Below, piece after piece: positions 1 through 17,795 of a stretch of 64,000 nt of DNA (within the stretch, counting starts at the first letter, position 1; the number at the start of each line of letters is the position of its first letter). The notes under the pieces were generated by a model. That model had not been told where the DNA came from, did no database searches, and saw only the letters and a list, made by a program, of their open reading frames with translations. A program made the position numbers and the translations under genes. Source of the stretch: the human T2T-CHM13v2.0 reference genome, Homo sapiens; NCBI RefSeq assembly GCF_009914755.1, contig NC_060930.1; one strand, 5' to 3'.

Positions 1-255
1 GATTCCACTTATCTGCGGTATCTGAAGAAGTCAAACTGTTAGAAACAGAAAGTAGAATGAATGGTGGTGGCCATGGTGGGAGCGGGAGGGGAAAGGGGAG
101 TTGTTCAATGGGCATAAAATTTCAGTTTTGCAAATTGAAAATGTTCTAAAGAGTTACTGCACAACAGTGTGCATACTGATAATATTACTGTACTGTACGC
201 TCAAAATAGCTAAGGGGGTAAATTTTATTATATACTTTTTACCACAATTAAAAGA
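1..255 (+). mobile_element. L1M (L1MB-like) 3' end fragment
   Basis: Typical old L1 3'UTR wording (gaaagtagaatg...gtggcca...ttttatta...ccacaattaaaa). Confidence 0.75.
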
Positions 256-1209
256 ATAGTGAAATGTAGAATGTGTAAATTCAATGTACGATATTTGAGG
301 TTGCAAGAATTAGCCGGGCATTGAGGAGAGAGATGTGGCTAAGTGGCGATAATTAAGTTAGGTAAATGTTGCCCTGGCAGGGTTTCAGTCACTCTTAATA
401 GCAAAGCTACATATCCTTTGCTCTGAAAGCCCATTATCGAGAAACGTGTCCTTGTAGCTTAAGAGCAGAGCTCAAGCACTAATTCTGAATTATTTACGTT
501 TGAAGATTTCAGATAAGTCTCTGTTGTCATTTCAAAGACTTTTTCTTAAAAAGCGAAATGGTAATATCAGAAATTTATTGCGATTTGCCAACGTCTAAAA
601 TTTCTATGGCCAGGAAAAATAATTTAGTAACAAAAGAGGCCCTCATTCTGAACCAATTTAGAGGTCATCCAAAGCTATTCCTTAAACTGGGTCATTTTTA
701 GAGTGACACGGCAGGGTGCGATTTATGGTACCTACCCCTAAACCTTTCTCCCCAACAATCATTGATTCCTGAAATTCCATCATGTGAGAGCCATTTCTCG
801 GTGTTAAACATTGCCCTCTCGCTAAGACCTCTTTTCAGACCGAGAAAGGACTATTGCATTAAGATCTAACATTTTACTTCTGTGGATCCTAGCCTTTATT
901 TGTTTTGGTCACTACTTTGAGAATCTATGACTGTTTCCTCAGAGAAAATGCATCATGCACATACCCACCCAGACTTCTATACAAGTTCTGATGGCTCACA
1001 GGAAACCCAACACACACACCACACACACACACTCCACACCTCCACCTCATCCTCCCCTAGGTTGTTCTGGGCTGGAAGACTCTACAGGCACCTTGGGCAG
1101 GGAGGTTTGGGGTTATAGCACAGCGCTGATTGATGAGGGAGATAAAAGAGGAAAAGCCAAGTGGAAAGGGTAAGCAAATTGAAGCAACTTAAAAAATTTT
1201 GCAATAATA

Positions 1210-1430
1210 ATAAGGTGCTTTTGCCGTGTTCACTATGTGCTAGATATTTAATACACACTACATAAGATAGTGCAGATAAATAAAGCATTTCATCATTTTC
1301 ATTATCTCATTTAATGGTTGCAATGACACCATGGGGGATGATCAGCCCATTTTACAGATGAGGAAACTGAGTTTCAGAGAGGTGAAGTAACTTGCTCAAG
1401 GTACCCAGGGTGACCCGTGCCCAGAGTCCA
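1210..1430 (-). mobile_element. MIR
   Basis: MIR core cccattttacagatgaggaaactgag...agaggtgaagtaacttgctcaagg. Confidence 0.75.
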
Positions 1431-1903
1431 CGGCTCTCCTCACTACCTGAGCATGCTTCCCTCCCCTCATATATATGAGGTCACCACTCCCCTCATATAT
1501 GAGGTCACCACTCCCCTCTCCCATGGCCTCCTCCAGCTTCCCTGAAGTCTTCTGGTTTCCTTCTGTGCTGAGAATCCTCCACCTGCTGGCCCACCCTCTC
1601 CCACCCATTGTGGGGTGGCTGGGCATGCCCAGCAGCCCTTTGGGAATACCTCCCTTGTCTTTCTGTCCTGTGGTGAGCAGCTTCCTGGGTTGCTTGGGGT
1701 AGCTCTTTTGGAGATTGCAACCTCTCCCTGCTGGTCTCTTCCAGCTCAGTTCCTTTGCTGGTCACCCTTAATAAAGACAGGATCTTTGAGGATAAGAAGA
1801 AATGGTCAGTGGGGACAATTGCACTTGGCATGTAGGGATGACAATGCCATGCTGACCCTGCCAATGTCTTTGGGCAACCATTTACAATGCCTCATATTCA
1901 TAC

Positions 1904-2201
<298 letters not shown>

Positions 2202-2394
2202 AGCACTGCCTTTTAAAACAAATGTAGACAACAAACCAAAGTACTATTAGCAGTACCCGAGACTCTCTCACCAACAGATATCACAGTTCTTTTCCTATCC
2301 CATGAACATGGTGGCAGATAGTTCAAAATTTTGTCTCAAAATTATGTCAGTTAGGAGACCCACCGCTGTAACTTATCATATGAGGTGTTTATTA

Positions 2395-2852
<458 letters not shown>

Positions 2853-2909
2853 ACAAATTTTATTTTTAAGAAATATATTGATCATTGTTTTTTAACATAC
2901 TTGATTGCC

Positions 2910-3303
<394 letters not shown>

Positions 3304-3343
3304 TCAGTATATTTTATTTTATACATTTAAAACATCACCCTAG

Positions 3344-3636
3344 GGGCTAGGCATGGTGGCCATGCCTGTAATCCCAGCAGTTTAGGAGGCTGAGGAGGGC
3401 AGATCACTTGAGGTCAGGAGTTGGAGACCAGCCTGGTCAACATGGAGAAAGCCCTTCTCTACTAAAAATACAAAAATTACTCGGTGTGGTGGCGCATGCC
3501 TGTAATCCCAGCTACTTGGGAGGCTGAGTCACAAAAACCGCTTGAACCCGGGAAGTGGAGGTTGCAGTGAACCGAGATCGTGTCACTGCCTTCCAGCCTG
3601 GGTGACAGTGAGGCTCCATCTCAAAAATAAAATAAA
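3344..3636 (+). mobile_element. AluS
   Basis: Sense Alu dimer; TSD-like aaaacatca. Confidence 0.93.
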
Positions 3637-5465
3637 ACATCATCATAGGAAGAAGTCCACAGGCTTCACCAGGCTACCAGAGGGGTGCACGCAACAAAAA
3701 TAAGCTTATGCATTCTGCCCAGGTTTTAAGTAGGCAAGTAATCTGATTGTTGTAGCACTTCCAAGAATTCACAAAGGCAGCTCGTCCTTCAGGAGGTGGT
3801 AGCAATAGTTCAGGGGCGAGATGACGGGGACCAGAAGGAAGGTAGGAGCAGTAGCAGTGGGAAGCAGGGACGATTCAGGAGATGTTAGGGGAGTTAGCAG
3901 CTTTGTGATCTAGGGCCCTGCCCCTGTCTTCAGAGCCCTGCTACTTTATGCTGCTGTCTGCAGAACCTGCTGCATTCTGGAGTTGGCACCAATACTAATC
4001 TGCCTTTCCTACCCCATTGCCTGAACACTTTGCTCCCACATGGAGCCCCTCCCCCAGCCTGCCTCCCCTGACCTCCCTTGCCCCCTGGCTGCATTAAGCA
4101 GCTCCAGCAGGCCTCATACAGACCCACTGTTTAATGCCTATGGCATCCTCATCTGGCCTGGATCTGGCTGCTCCTGAGGGACACCAAGATCCCAGAGACA
4201 ATTGGCCACTTGTCCACTGAATGGCAGAGGGGCCTGAGGATTGGTTGGGAGGCGGGTGGGGAAGGGAGGAGGATGAGGAGAATGCCAAGGGGAAGGAGCA
4301 ACCAGGATTCCTGGGATTTCTGCCTCCCGAGCCAATGTCCAAGAAGGAGCTGGGCAATAAACAGAACTTGAACACACACGGGACTTTGGCCATGCAGTCC
4401 TAAGACGTGTTCTGGAGTGACAGCTCACAAGGCACTGGGGATCCACTGGCTTGGAGTCCCCTGTGTTATTATGGGGCCCATGACACTTAAGTTACTATTG
4501 ATCTAACGTTATGAGCGCCTTCCTCCTCAAACCAGCCACCTTAATGTTATCCTTCTGTCAGGGACCCAAGCTGGCCCAGCCTGGAAAAAAACCACTGATT
4601 CATGTCCAGCTGAAGGACATTACTGAAGGTGAAGATATTGGGGTGGATGGTCTTCCTCTTCCCTCCCACTGTTTTTTACTAGTCTGGGCAAGGAAGGGAC
4701 CAGTTATAAAGTGATACCATGATCTGAGTCACTGTTACTGCCTGCTTCTTCAATGCCAGGCATTGAGCTCAGCACTTTATAATGTTACTGCATTTAACCT
4801 CACGACTAGCCTCTATGCAGGCCTTGTAATCATCCGCATTTTGCATGTGAGGAAACAGGTTCAGAGGGGGTAAGTAGCTTGCCCTACCTAGTGTGCATGG
4901 AAGCCAGAACTGAGACCCAGGCTGGTTTGATGGCACTTAGACAGGGTGAGGCCCCAGGGAACTTTACTCCTCAAGCACCCAACCCATACCCCTCCGGAGC
5001 CAGGCTTTTACCTGCTGGGGCATGACAGAGCTGGCCCTGCTGCTGATTCTAAAACTATAAAACCTAAGGCACAGGAAAGCCCAGATGAGGTCCTCTTCAT
5101 TTGCCAAGACTGACTTCCTATACAGGGTGGAGGACTGTCAATGCTCAGAGGTGGTAGAGAGAAAGGGCCTATGGACCACGGCTGCCTCTTTCTCCACCAG
5201 GGGAGGAAGTCTTCCCTGGAGGAACAGGAAGATGTTGTACCCACCTGAGCCTCCAACCTGCTCTCCCATCTCCAGCTGGTGCCAGAGTGCTATAAGCCCC
5301 TGACAGACTCACATCCTAGGCAGTGGCTGTCAGTGGCTGGCAACATCCCCAGAGGAGGGACAAGGCAGACTTTATGCACTCCCAAAAGGAAGTATTCAGT
5401 GCCACCCTTGCCAACAGTTGAACTTGAACCCCACCGAGCCTCTAGACCCAACAGCCCATTCCTAG

Positions 5466-5770
<305 letters not shown>

Positions 5771-5848
5771 TTTAACAAATATATAACAGGAAAAAAAAGA
5801 AAAAAGAGGAGGGAAGGGAGAAAGATTGTGCAGAAAACTATAGATGAT

Positions 5849-5953
5849 GGCTGGACACAGTGGCTCACACCTGTAATCCTAGCATTTTGGGAAGCCGAGG
5901 CGAGTGGATCACGAGGTCAAGAGTTCAAGACCAGTCTGGCCAACATGGTGAAA
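5849..5953 (+). mobile_element. Alu left-arm 5' fragment (probably the inverted missing part of 5545-5770)
   Basis: ggctggacacagtggctc...caacatggtgaaa. Confidence 0.9.
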
Positions 5954-6191
5954 GGTGATCTCGGCTCACTGCAACCTCCGCCTCCCAGGTTCAAGCAATT
6001 CTCCTGCCTCAGCCTCCTGAGTAGCTGGGATTACAGGCTCATGCCACCACTCCTTGCTAATTTTTGTATTTTTAGTAGAGATGGGGTTTCACCATGTTGG
6101 TCAGACTGGTCTTGAACTCCTGACCTCGTGATCCGCACGCCTCTGCCTCCCAAAGTGCTGGGATTACAGATACGAGCCACCTCACCTGGCC
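5954..6191 (-). mobile_element. AluSg-like, lacking its 3' end and tail
   Basis: Starts abruptly at ggtgatctcggctcactgc and ends cctggcc. Confidence 0.9.
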
Positions 6192-6929
6192 TAATTTTTT
6201 ATTTGTAGAGACAGGGTCTCACTGTGTTGCCCAGTATTGTGGAGTTTTTTAAAAATTGATTTTAGAGATTCAATAAAATGCTTGTCAAGTCTGTGTTTAG
6301 GATAAAGTCCTAAATTTGTACTATGGCTTCCAAATCCAACCCCTGCCATCTTTGTGGCCACATCTCCAGCCCTCCCCTCAGTACCCCCACCGCCTCTGCT
6401 CCCGCCCCACAGCTCTTCATGCCAGGGCCACATTATGACCTTCTTGGACCTCAGGCACTTTTGCCTTCACAGGTCCCTTTCTCTATAAATTATAGTTTAT
6501 AATGTATAAACTATAATTATAGTTTATAAGTGTGTTACTATAAAGACGAGTACATCATTATTATATATTAAAGCATTTTCTTTTATTTAAAAGTTCATTC
6601 TTTTCCTTGTGAAATTCAAAGATTTTCATGGGCTCCTTTTGTTACGGTAGGCCCGGACATGTATCTGCTGTCTCCCCAGACACTCTCCCATCTACCCCCT
6701 TCAGCTTAGTAAGCTCCACTCCCCCATGCAGAAGCCTTCCCTGACTTCCCCAAGTGCCCTGACCCCAGCATATGCCCTCCTGACCCTTCCTCCCTTGTGC
6801 TTCATGAGAAATATCACAGGTAAGAATCACATATTAATGTGGGTGATTATTTGCTTGACATCTGTCTTCTCCACTGAGTTGTCCGTCTCTGCACCCCCAG
6901 CATTTAGCCCAGGCCTGGCATAATTTGCT

Positions 6930-7497
<568 letters not shown>

Positions 7498-8699
7498 CTA
7501 CTGACTATAAGTTCTTTGAAGCATGGTCTATGTCTAGCTTGCTCTCCGTAGTATCCCATCAACATCGTTGACACAATGTTGACTGACTGAATGGTGATCC
7601 TGGGGGCCTGGAGATGGAGGCTGGGGACAGCAGGGAGAGCTGGAAGGAGATTGCTGCCTTGCCCTGGTGACAGACAGAGGAAGGCACTTCATAGTCAGCA
7701 TGAGGTGAGGAGTTAGGGTCCTTTTAGGGGTAGGATTACCAGGCCTCAGAGAGAAAGAATTCGTCTTATCTGGACAACCGGGCAGATTGCAAAGTAAGGA
7801 ATAAGGCAAGGAGAGGAGAGTGGGCAGCAAAGATAATGAGCTCATCTAGGGCTTTTTCAGTGTGTGGTGTTCTTAGCACACCTGGGTGAAGAAGCCTAAA
7901 GGGCAGTGTGGACGAGGGGTCAGGAATTCAGGAATCTAAAAGGGCGGATTTGGGTGTCTCAGCACCCGGATGGTGGTTGTCCTCTCCCAAGTGGATCAAA
8001 TTGCCCTGCTTCTGCTCCCAGGCTGGAAAACCAAGATGATAGCAGCTATGGCTCTCTTCAGAGCTCTTAGAGAGAAAGAGGAAACTTCACTGAGACAAGG
8101 ATGTGACCTGATCCCAGAGGTGAGACAGAAACTGGAGAGAACTGGACTAACCCTCTAAACCGGGGACTGGAACTGAAAGAGCCATCAGTTACATGTACTG
8201 AATCACAGTCCAAGCTGAAGTTTAAGAAAACAAGCACACAGGAACACATACAGAGGCAGACTGAGCCAGAATCAGACTGTTCTGTTTAGTTAGAAGCACT
8301 GGTTTGGACCTACTGGATCCACCTTCAGCCCATGCCTAGACTGGAACCACTTCTCATTCCGGGTGCGTCCTTGCTCCGAAATGGGCCTATGAGTCACTGG
8401 GAAAGAGGATTCGATTAACAAAGATTCAGTCAGACTACAGCTGTGGCCAAAAACAGGGTGCGCCTGCCAGGACCTTCCCCTTAGGCAGCCGGGTGGCCAT
8501 GCACCCGGTTCATTCCTGCTGCCTGCCGCTGTGTCCCCAAGCTCGCCATCAGGGGCATGACTTTGGGTGGAGCCATGGCAGCCTCCAAGCTTCTCATTTC
8601 CAAATACAAATGTCCCCTTCATAGCAGCACATTCCAGTGGCTAAGAACTTGTTGCAATTTTGTTTTTCTTTCTTTTAAAATTTACTTTAATTTATTTGA

Positions 8700-8965
8700 A
8701 TGTCCCAGTCTGCTGCCCAGGCTGGAGTACAGTAACACGATCATAGCTGACTGCAGCCTCAAACTCCTGGGCTCTGGCGATTCCTTGCCTCAGCTTCCCT
8801 AGTAGCTGGGAATACAAATGTGAGCCACCATGCCTTGCTTCAATATTTAATATTATATTCAATATTTAATATTACATTTACGATATTGTACAACCATCAC
8901 CACTATTTCCAAAACAGCCTCCGGCATAGCTGAGACCACAGGCATGTGCCACCACACCTGGCTGC
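8700..8965 (-). mobile_element. AluJ/FRAM right arm + short L1M piece + Alu fragment (duplicated composite)
   Basis: Antisense Alu right arm 8700-8840, AT-rich L1M-like 8840-8914, Alu fragment 8916-8963. Confidence 0.75.
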
Positions 8966-9246
8966 AAATTTGTTCTTTATTCCCTTTTTATCTTGTGGGT
9001 TAACTAGAATCAGGACCCCGAGAGAAAGGGGTTTTAATGAGGGAAGGGAAGGACAAATGGAGTTGTGTAATTTGGTCTGATACAGGGCTTGGGGTATATC
9101 TCGAAGGCTGTAGGTATAGGGTGGAGTGAGGAGGGGTACACCATGGGAGGGGTCTACATAAAATGAGCTGTCCTGTCCCAGCTGTGTGGAGAACAGACAC
9201 GAAAAGGAGTCCAGGTGGGGCTGATTCTTCAAGAAACTGACATCTG

Positions 9247-9550
9247 GCTGGATGCAGTGGCTCATGCCTGTAATCCCAGCACTTTGGGAGGCCGAGGCGG
9301 GCGGATCACCTGAGGTGAGAAGTTCAAGACCAGCCTGGCCAACACGGTGAAACCCCGTCTCTACTAAAAATACAAAAATTAGCCAGGCGTGGTGGTGCAC
9401 ACCTGTAATCCCAGCTACTCGGGAGGCTGAGGCAGGAGAATCCCTTGAACCCGGAGGCGGAGGTTGCAGTGAGCCCAGGTCGTACTAATGCACCCGCCTG
9501 AGTGACAGAGCAAGGCTTCACTCAAAATAAATAAATAAATAAATAAATAA
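9247..9550 (+). mobile_element. AluSx-like with (TAAA)n tail
   Basis: Sense Alu dimer. Confidence 0.95.
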
Positions 9551-9566
9551 ACAAACAAAAATTTAA

Positions 9567-9997
<431 letters not shown>

Positions 9998-10295
9998 CAG
10001 GGTCTTTCTTTATACTTCTGTATCCTTCAGATTGGCAACACACTGGACACATACTCTGTGCTTAAATAAGACACGCCGATTGGTGGCTGAGGGAGGAAAG
10101 CCTAGCTAGAAGTTAAGCATTCAACAGGCATACCAGTCAATTTCAACAGTCTTTAGTAACAACCACAGCATCTGCAAACAACAAAGAGCTCCACAAAACA
10201 GCTATAGTCTCTACAAATGACTTGAGACTCTGCAAACACCTGCTAGTTCTGCAAACAGGTGCGTATTTTATAACAATTACAATTTTAAAGTGTAA

Positions 10296-11112
<817 letters not shown>

Positions 11113-11213
11113 TTAAATAAAATACTATAACTACAAGCCCAAACCTTAGAACACTATTAGAGCTTTTCAAAACTGATTGGCATCTACTCTTTCCACAAGA
11201 AATAATATCTTAG

Positions 11214-11623
<410 letters not shown>

Positions 11624-12199
11624 TGATGGAACCATTTTATGTGCTAAAAATTTGTGCCAGGCACAATGGAAATGTGGAGAACCATGTTCTCGTTGCTCAC
11701 GGCAATTCAAACAGTCCCTGGGCCCCTGCTGATGGGATTGGGAATACCTGCATGCAGCTCAGATTTCTTTCTTTCTGTGTCATGATTACTATGTACTTGG
11801 TTCATGCTGCTGGTTATCGATGGGAGCAATAAAAACCTATCATAATCTACCTGAATACTGCAAATAAAGATGATTGACAACTCCGCTGAAGGTTGCTGGC
11901 ATCAGGGCTGGGACAGTCTTCTCTGTGAGGACAGATGCACTCTAGGGCAAAGAATGGACCAGGACTGGGGGCAGGACTCCATGCCTGGCACTGCCCCAGA
12001 ACACGATCCCCACATGCTGTTGTATGTCTTTGAGGGCCCAAGAAGCATGAGAATGATGCTGAAACATTTGCTCAGTCAAAGCAGGCTTCTGGCAAGAAGA
12101 GATGAGCACTGAACATATCCACCAGCTGAGGGCTGGGGAGAAAGATGGCTGTTGAGATGAGAGGAAGGAGTGATTCTGGGGGAATGTTGAAGCCAATGC

Positions 12200-12380
12200 A
12201 GACATTCTCTGGCCATGTGGCCTTGGGAAGATAATTTAGCTTTCTGAGTTTCAGTTTCATTTTCTATGGATAATGGGCATAATAAAAGTGCCTACCTCAT
12301 AGGATGGTTGTGAGGATTAAATGAGTTCATATAAGTAATGTGCTCAGAGCAGTGATGGCATGCAGTTAGCTCTGTCTCCT
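12200..12380 (+). mobile_element. MIR
   Basis: gggcataataaaagtgcctacctcataggatggttgtgaggattaaatgag. Confidence 0.7.
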
Positions 12381-12523
12381 CTAGTTAGTTAGAGGACAAT
12401 GATGACGGTGGTGGTGACGATGCTGATGCTGATGATGGTAATAGAGATTATGTCACTTTCCTAGAACTGCCCTAACAAAGTTCCACAAACTGGATGGCTT
12501 AAACAACAGAAATTTATTGTCTC

Positions 12524-12830
<307 letters not shown>

Positions 12831-13163
12831 TCACAGTTCTGGAGGCTAGACATCCGAGATCAAGTTGTCAGAAGGGTTGATTTCTTCTGATGATTATGAG
12901 GAAGAATCTGTTTGATGCCTCTCTCCCTGCTTCTGGTAATTTGCTGGCAATCTTTGGCTTGTAGACTGCTATGGTTTGAATGTTCCCTCCAAAACTCATA
13001 TTGAAACTTAATCCCCAATGTGGCAGTGTTGAGTGGTGAGGCCTTTAAGAGGTGATTGGGTCATGAAGGCTCTGTCCTCATAATTTGTGGATTAATGGAT
13101 TAAGGGGCTAATGGGTTATTATGGGAGGGGACTGGTGGCTTTATAAGAAGAGGAAGAGAGACC

Positions 13164-14641
<1,478 letters not shown>

Positions 14642-15254
14642 GACCTGAGCCAGAAGGTCAGCATGCTCAGCAATCTTGCCATGCAATGACCTGCACTGCC
14701 TCAGGATCCCGCAGAGAGTCCCCTCTAGCAAGAAGGATATCACCAGTGCAGCCCCTCAACCTTAGACTTTTCAGCCTCCATAACTGTAAGAAATACATTC
14801 CTTTTCTTTATAAATTCCCCAGTTTCAAGTATTCTGTTATAAGCAACAGAAAGCCGACTAAGACACAGACCCATCACCTTGATCTCTGCCTTCATGATCA
14901 TATGGCATTCTCCCTGTATGTGTCTCTCTTTGTGTCCAAATTTCCCTTGTTTTATGAGGACAGAAGTCATACTGAATTAGGGCCCACTCTCATGACCTCA
15001 TCTTCACTTGATTCTGCAAAGACCCTATTTCCAAATACAGGTCACATTCTGAGGTACTGGGAGTTGGGACTTAAACATCTTTTGGAGGGACACAATTCAA
15101 CCAATAATAGTGATGATGATGGTGGTGATGGTGATGATGATGTTGATGCTGGTGATATTGGAGGAGAGGGAGAAGAAAGACACTATTTGAGATAGAATTT
15201 CATACTTTACTTTGAATCCTCTTATTTCCAAGGTGGAAGACCCTCAGGGACCTT

Positions 15255-15600
15255 CTACCTGGAATGCTCCCAGTAGCACTATCATTTTTCAGTTTGTTAC
15301 CCCTCCTTTCCCTCCTCCAAGTTGAGCTTCAATGTTACATCCTCAGAGAGGCCATCTATGACCACCCCATCTAAAGTGGCTTCCTACATTCTTCTGTCTA
15401 CAGCCCCTACACAGTCCTCTTCATAACCACAATACACATCAATTTGTTGGTTTACAGGTGTGATATCTGTCCTTTCCATTAGACTCTGCCATGAAGGTAA
15501 GGATCTTGTCTGTTTTGCTCACCAAAGTGTATCCAGCCATTAGCACTGTGGGTGGCATAGGGTAGAGGCTTAATACATATCTGTTAAATTAATGAATGAG
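15255..15600. mobile_element. L2 3' fragment
   Basis: ttagactctgccatgaaggtaaggatcttgtctgttttgctcacc...aatacatatctgttaaattaatgaatg. Confidence 0.65.
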
Positions 15601-16440
15601 AGAATTAACAAGAAAACAAATGAGACTACAAGTGCCTTGTGAGTAGGCAATACTCATGTCTTTCCTTTTTCTTGCCTCTGTCTGCCTGAAAGCGGGCTCC
15701 TCCACCCTGCCATGACTGGGTGACTTTGGGCTTGTGGTTCCCTATTCTCTGTTTTGAGCCCCCGCTCCAAATCTAAGACAGAGGTTCACATGGTGTGGGA
15801 AGATCAGCCAGGAAGGCAGGAAGAAGTTGTTTCAGCCAGGAGTGCTGTATCGATATTCCCAAGGCTTGGAGCAAGCAAAGCATGAGGCTATGTTTTTTTA
15901 TACGTCTCTGTATAAACAGACAGCAGGGGAGCACTCAACTGTGACAGACGATAAGACATAATGTGTCATAAGTCAGCTTTCATCCCAGCTGAGCCCGTGT
16001 TTAGTATTTTCTCAGGTGCGGCTCTTCCCTTGCCCCAGCATAGATTACATCATCACCTGTTGCCCTGGGGGAGAAGGGGTTAATCTGGAGGATGGAAAAT
16101 AAATAAGCACACAGTCCATGGCAACACTGCCACTCCCACACTCAGAACACCCTCTCGGAGCAATGACCCCGTGCTACAAAACGTATTACAACAATCTCCT
16201 CTTTACCTTCTATGCAGTTTGCAAAGCATTTGGGTACACTGCTTTATTATTTTCCTAATAATTTATTTTGAAATCTTTTAAAATTTACAGAAACATTGCC
16301 AGAACAGTACAAAGAATTCCCTTATCCCCCTCACCCTGTTTCTTGAACATTTCATCACATCTGCTTCATCATCCTCTCTTTTATATACACCAAGTCATCT
16401 TTTTCTTTTTCTTTGCAATTTATTGATGGTGTTATTTTCT

Positions 16441-17795
16441 TTTTTTATTTCTTCTAAAAAGAACAAAAAACAAAAACAGGATATATGTGCAGAATGTGCA
16501 AGTTTGTTACATAGGTATTGACCCATCCTCTAAGTTCCCTCCCCTCACCTACCACCCCCCAGCAGGGACTGGTGTGTGTCATTCCCCTCTCTGTGTCCAT
16601 GTATTCTCAATATTCAACTGCCACTTATGAGTGAGAACATGCGGTGTTTGGTTTTCTGTTCCTGTATTAGTTTGCTGAGGATGATGGTTCCTGTGTCAGT
16701 TTGCTGATCAGATGGTTGTAGATGTGTGGTGTTATTTCTGAGGTCTCTGTTCTGCTCTATTGGTCTATGTGTCTGTTTTGGTACAAGTGCCATGCTGTTT
16801 TGGTTATTGTAGACTTGTAGTACAGTTTGAAGTTAGGTAGCGTGATGCCTCCAGCTTAGTTCTTTTTGCTTAGGATTGTCTTGGCTATATGGGATCTTCT
16901 TTGATTCCATATGAAATTTAAAATAGTTTTTTTCTGGTTCTGTGAAGAATGCCAATGGTAGTTTGATGGGAATAGCACTGAATCTATAAATTACTTTGGG
17001 CAGTATGGCCATTTTCACGATATTGATTCTTCCTATCCATGAGGATGGAATGTTTTCCCGTTTGTTTGTGTCCTCTCTTATTTCCTTGAGCAGTAGTTTG
17101 TAGTTCTCCTTGAAAAGGTCCTGCACATTACTTGCTAGCTGCATTCCTAGGTATTTTATTCTCTTTGTAGAGATTGCAAATGGGAGTTCATTCATGATTT
17201 AGCTCTCTGTTTGCCTATTGTTGGTGTAAAGGAATGCTTGTGATTTTTGCACATTGATTTTGTATCCTGAGACTTTGCCGAAGTTGCTTATCAGTTCAAG
17301 AAGTTTTGGGGCTGAGATGATGGGTTTTTCTAAATATAAAATCTTGTTGTCTGCAAACTTTGTTGTCTTTCTTGCAAAATCTTGTTGTCTTCCTTGCAAA
17401 AGAGAGGAAGACAACTTGACTTCCTCGCTTCCTATTTGAATACGCTTTATTTCTTTCTCTTGCCTGATTGTCCTGGCCAGAACTTCCAATACTATGTTGA
17501 ATAGCAGTGCTGAGAGAGAGCATCCTTGTTTTGTACCTGTTTTCAAAGGGAATGCTTCTAGCTTTTGCCCATTCAATATGATACTGGTTGTGGGTTTGCC
17601 ATAAATAGTTCTTATTATTTTGAGGTATGTTCCATCAATACCTAGTTTATTGAGAGTTTTTAACATGAAGGGATATTGAATTTTATCAAAGGCCTTTTCT
17701 GTGTCCATTGAGATAATCATGTGGTTTTTGTCTTTAGCTCTATTTATGTGATAGATTACGTTTATTGATTTGCGTATGTTGAACCAGCCTTGCAC
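16441..17795 (-). mobile_element. L1PA8-like LINE-1, 5'-truncated and internally deleted; dead ORF2 RT fragment
   Basis: ORF track 17199-17927 and 16833-17195 translate to L1 ORF2p RT (QGWFNIRKS...KAFDKIQ...FADN...KYLG); the 3' end ...tagaagaaataaaa matches my recollection of L1PA8. Confidence 0.88.
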
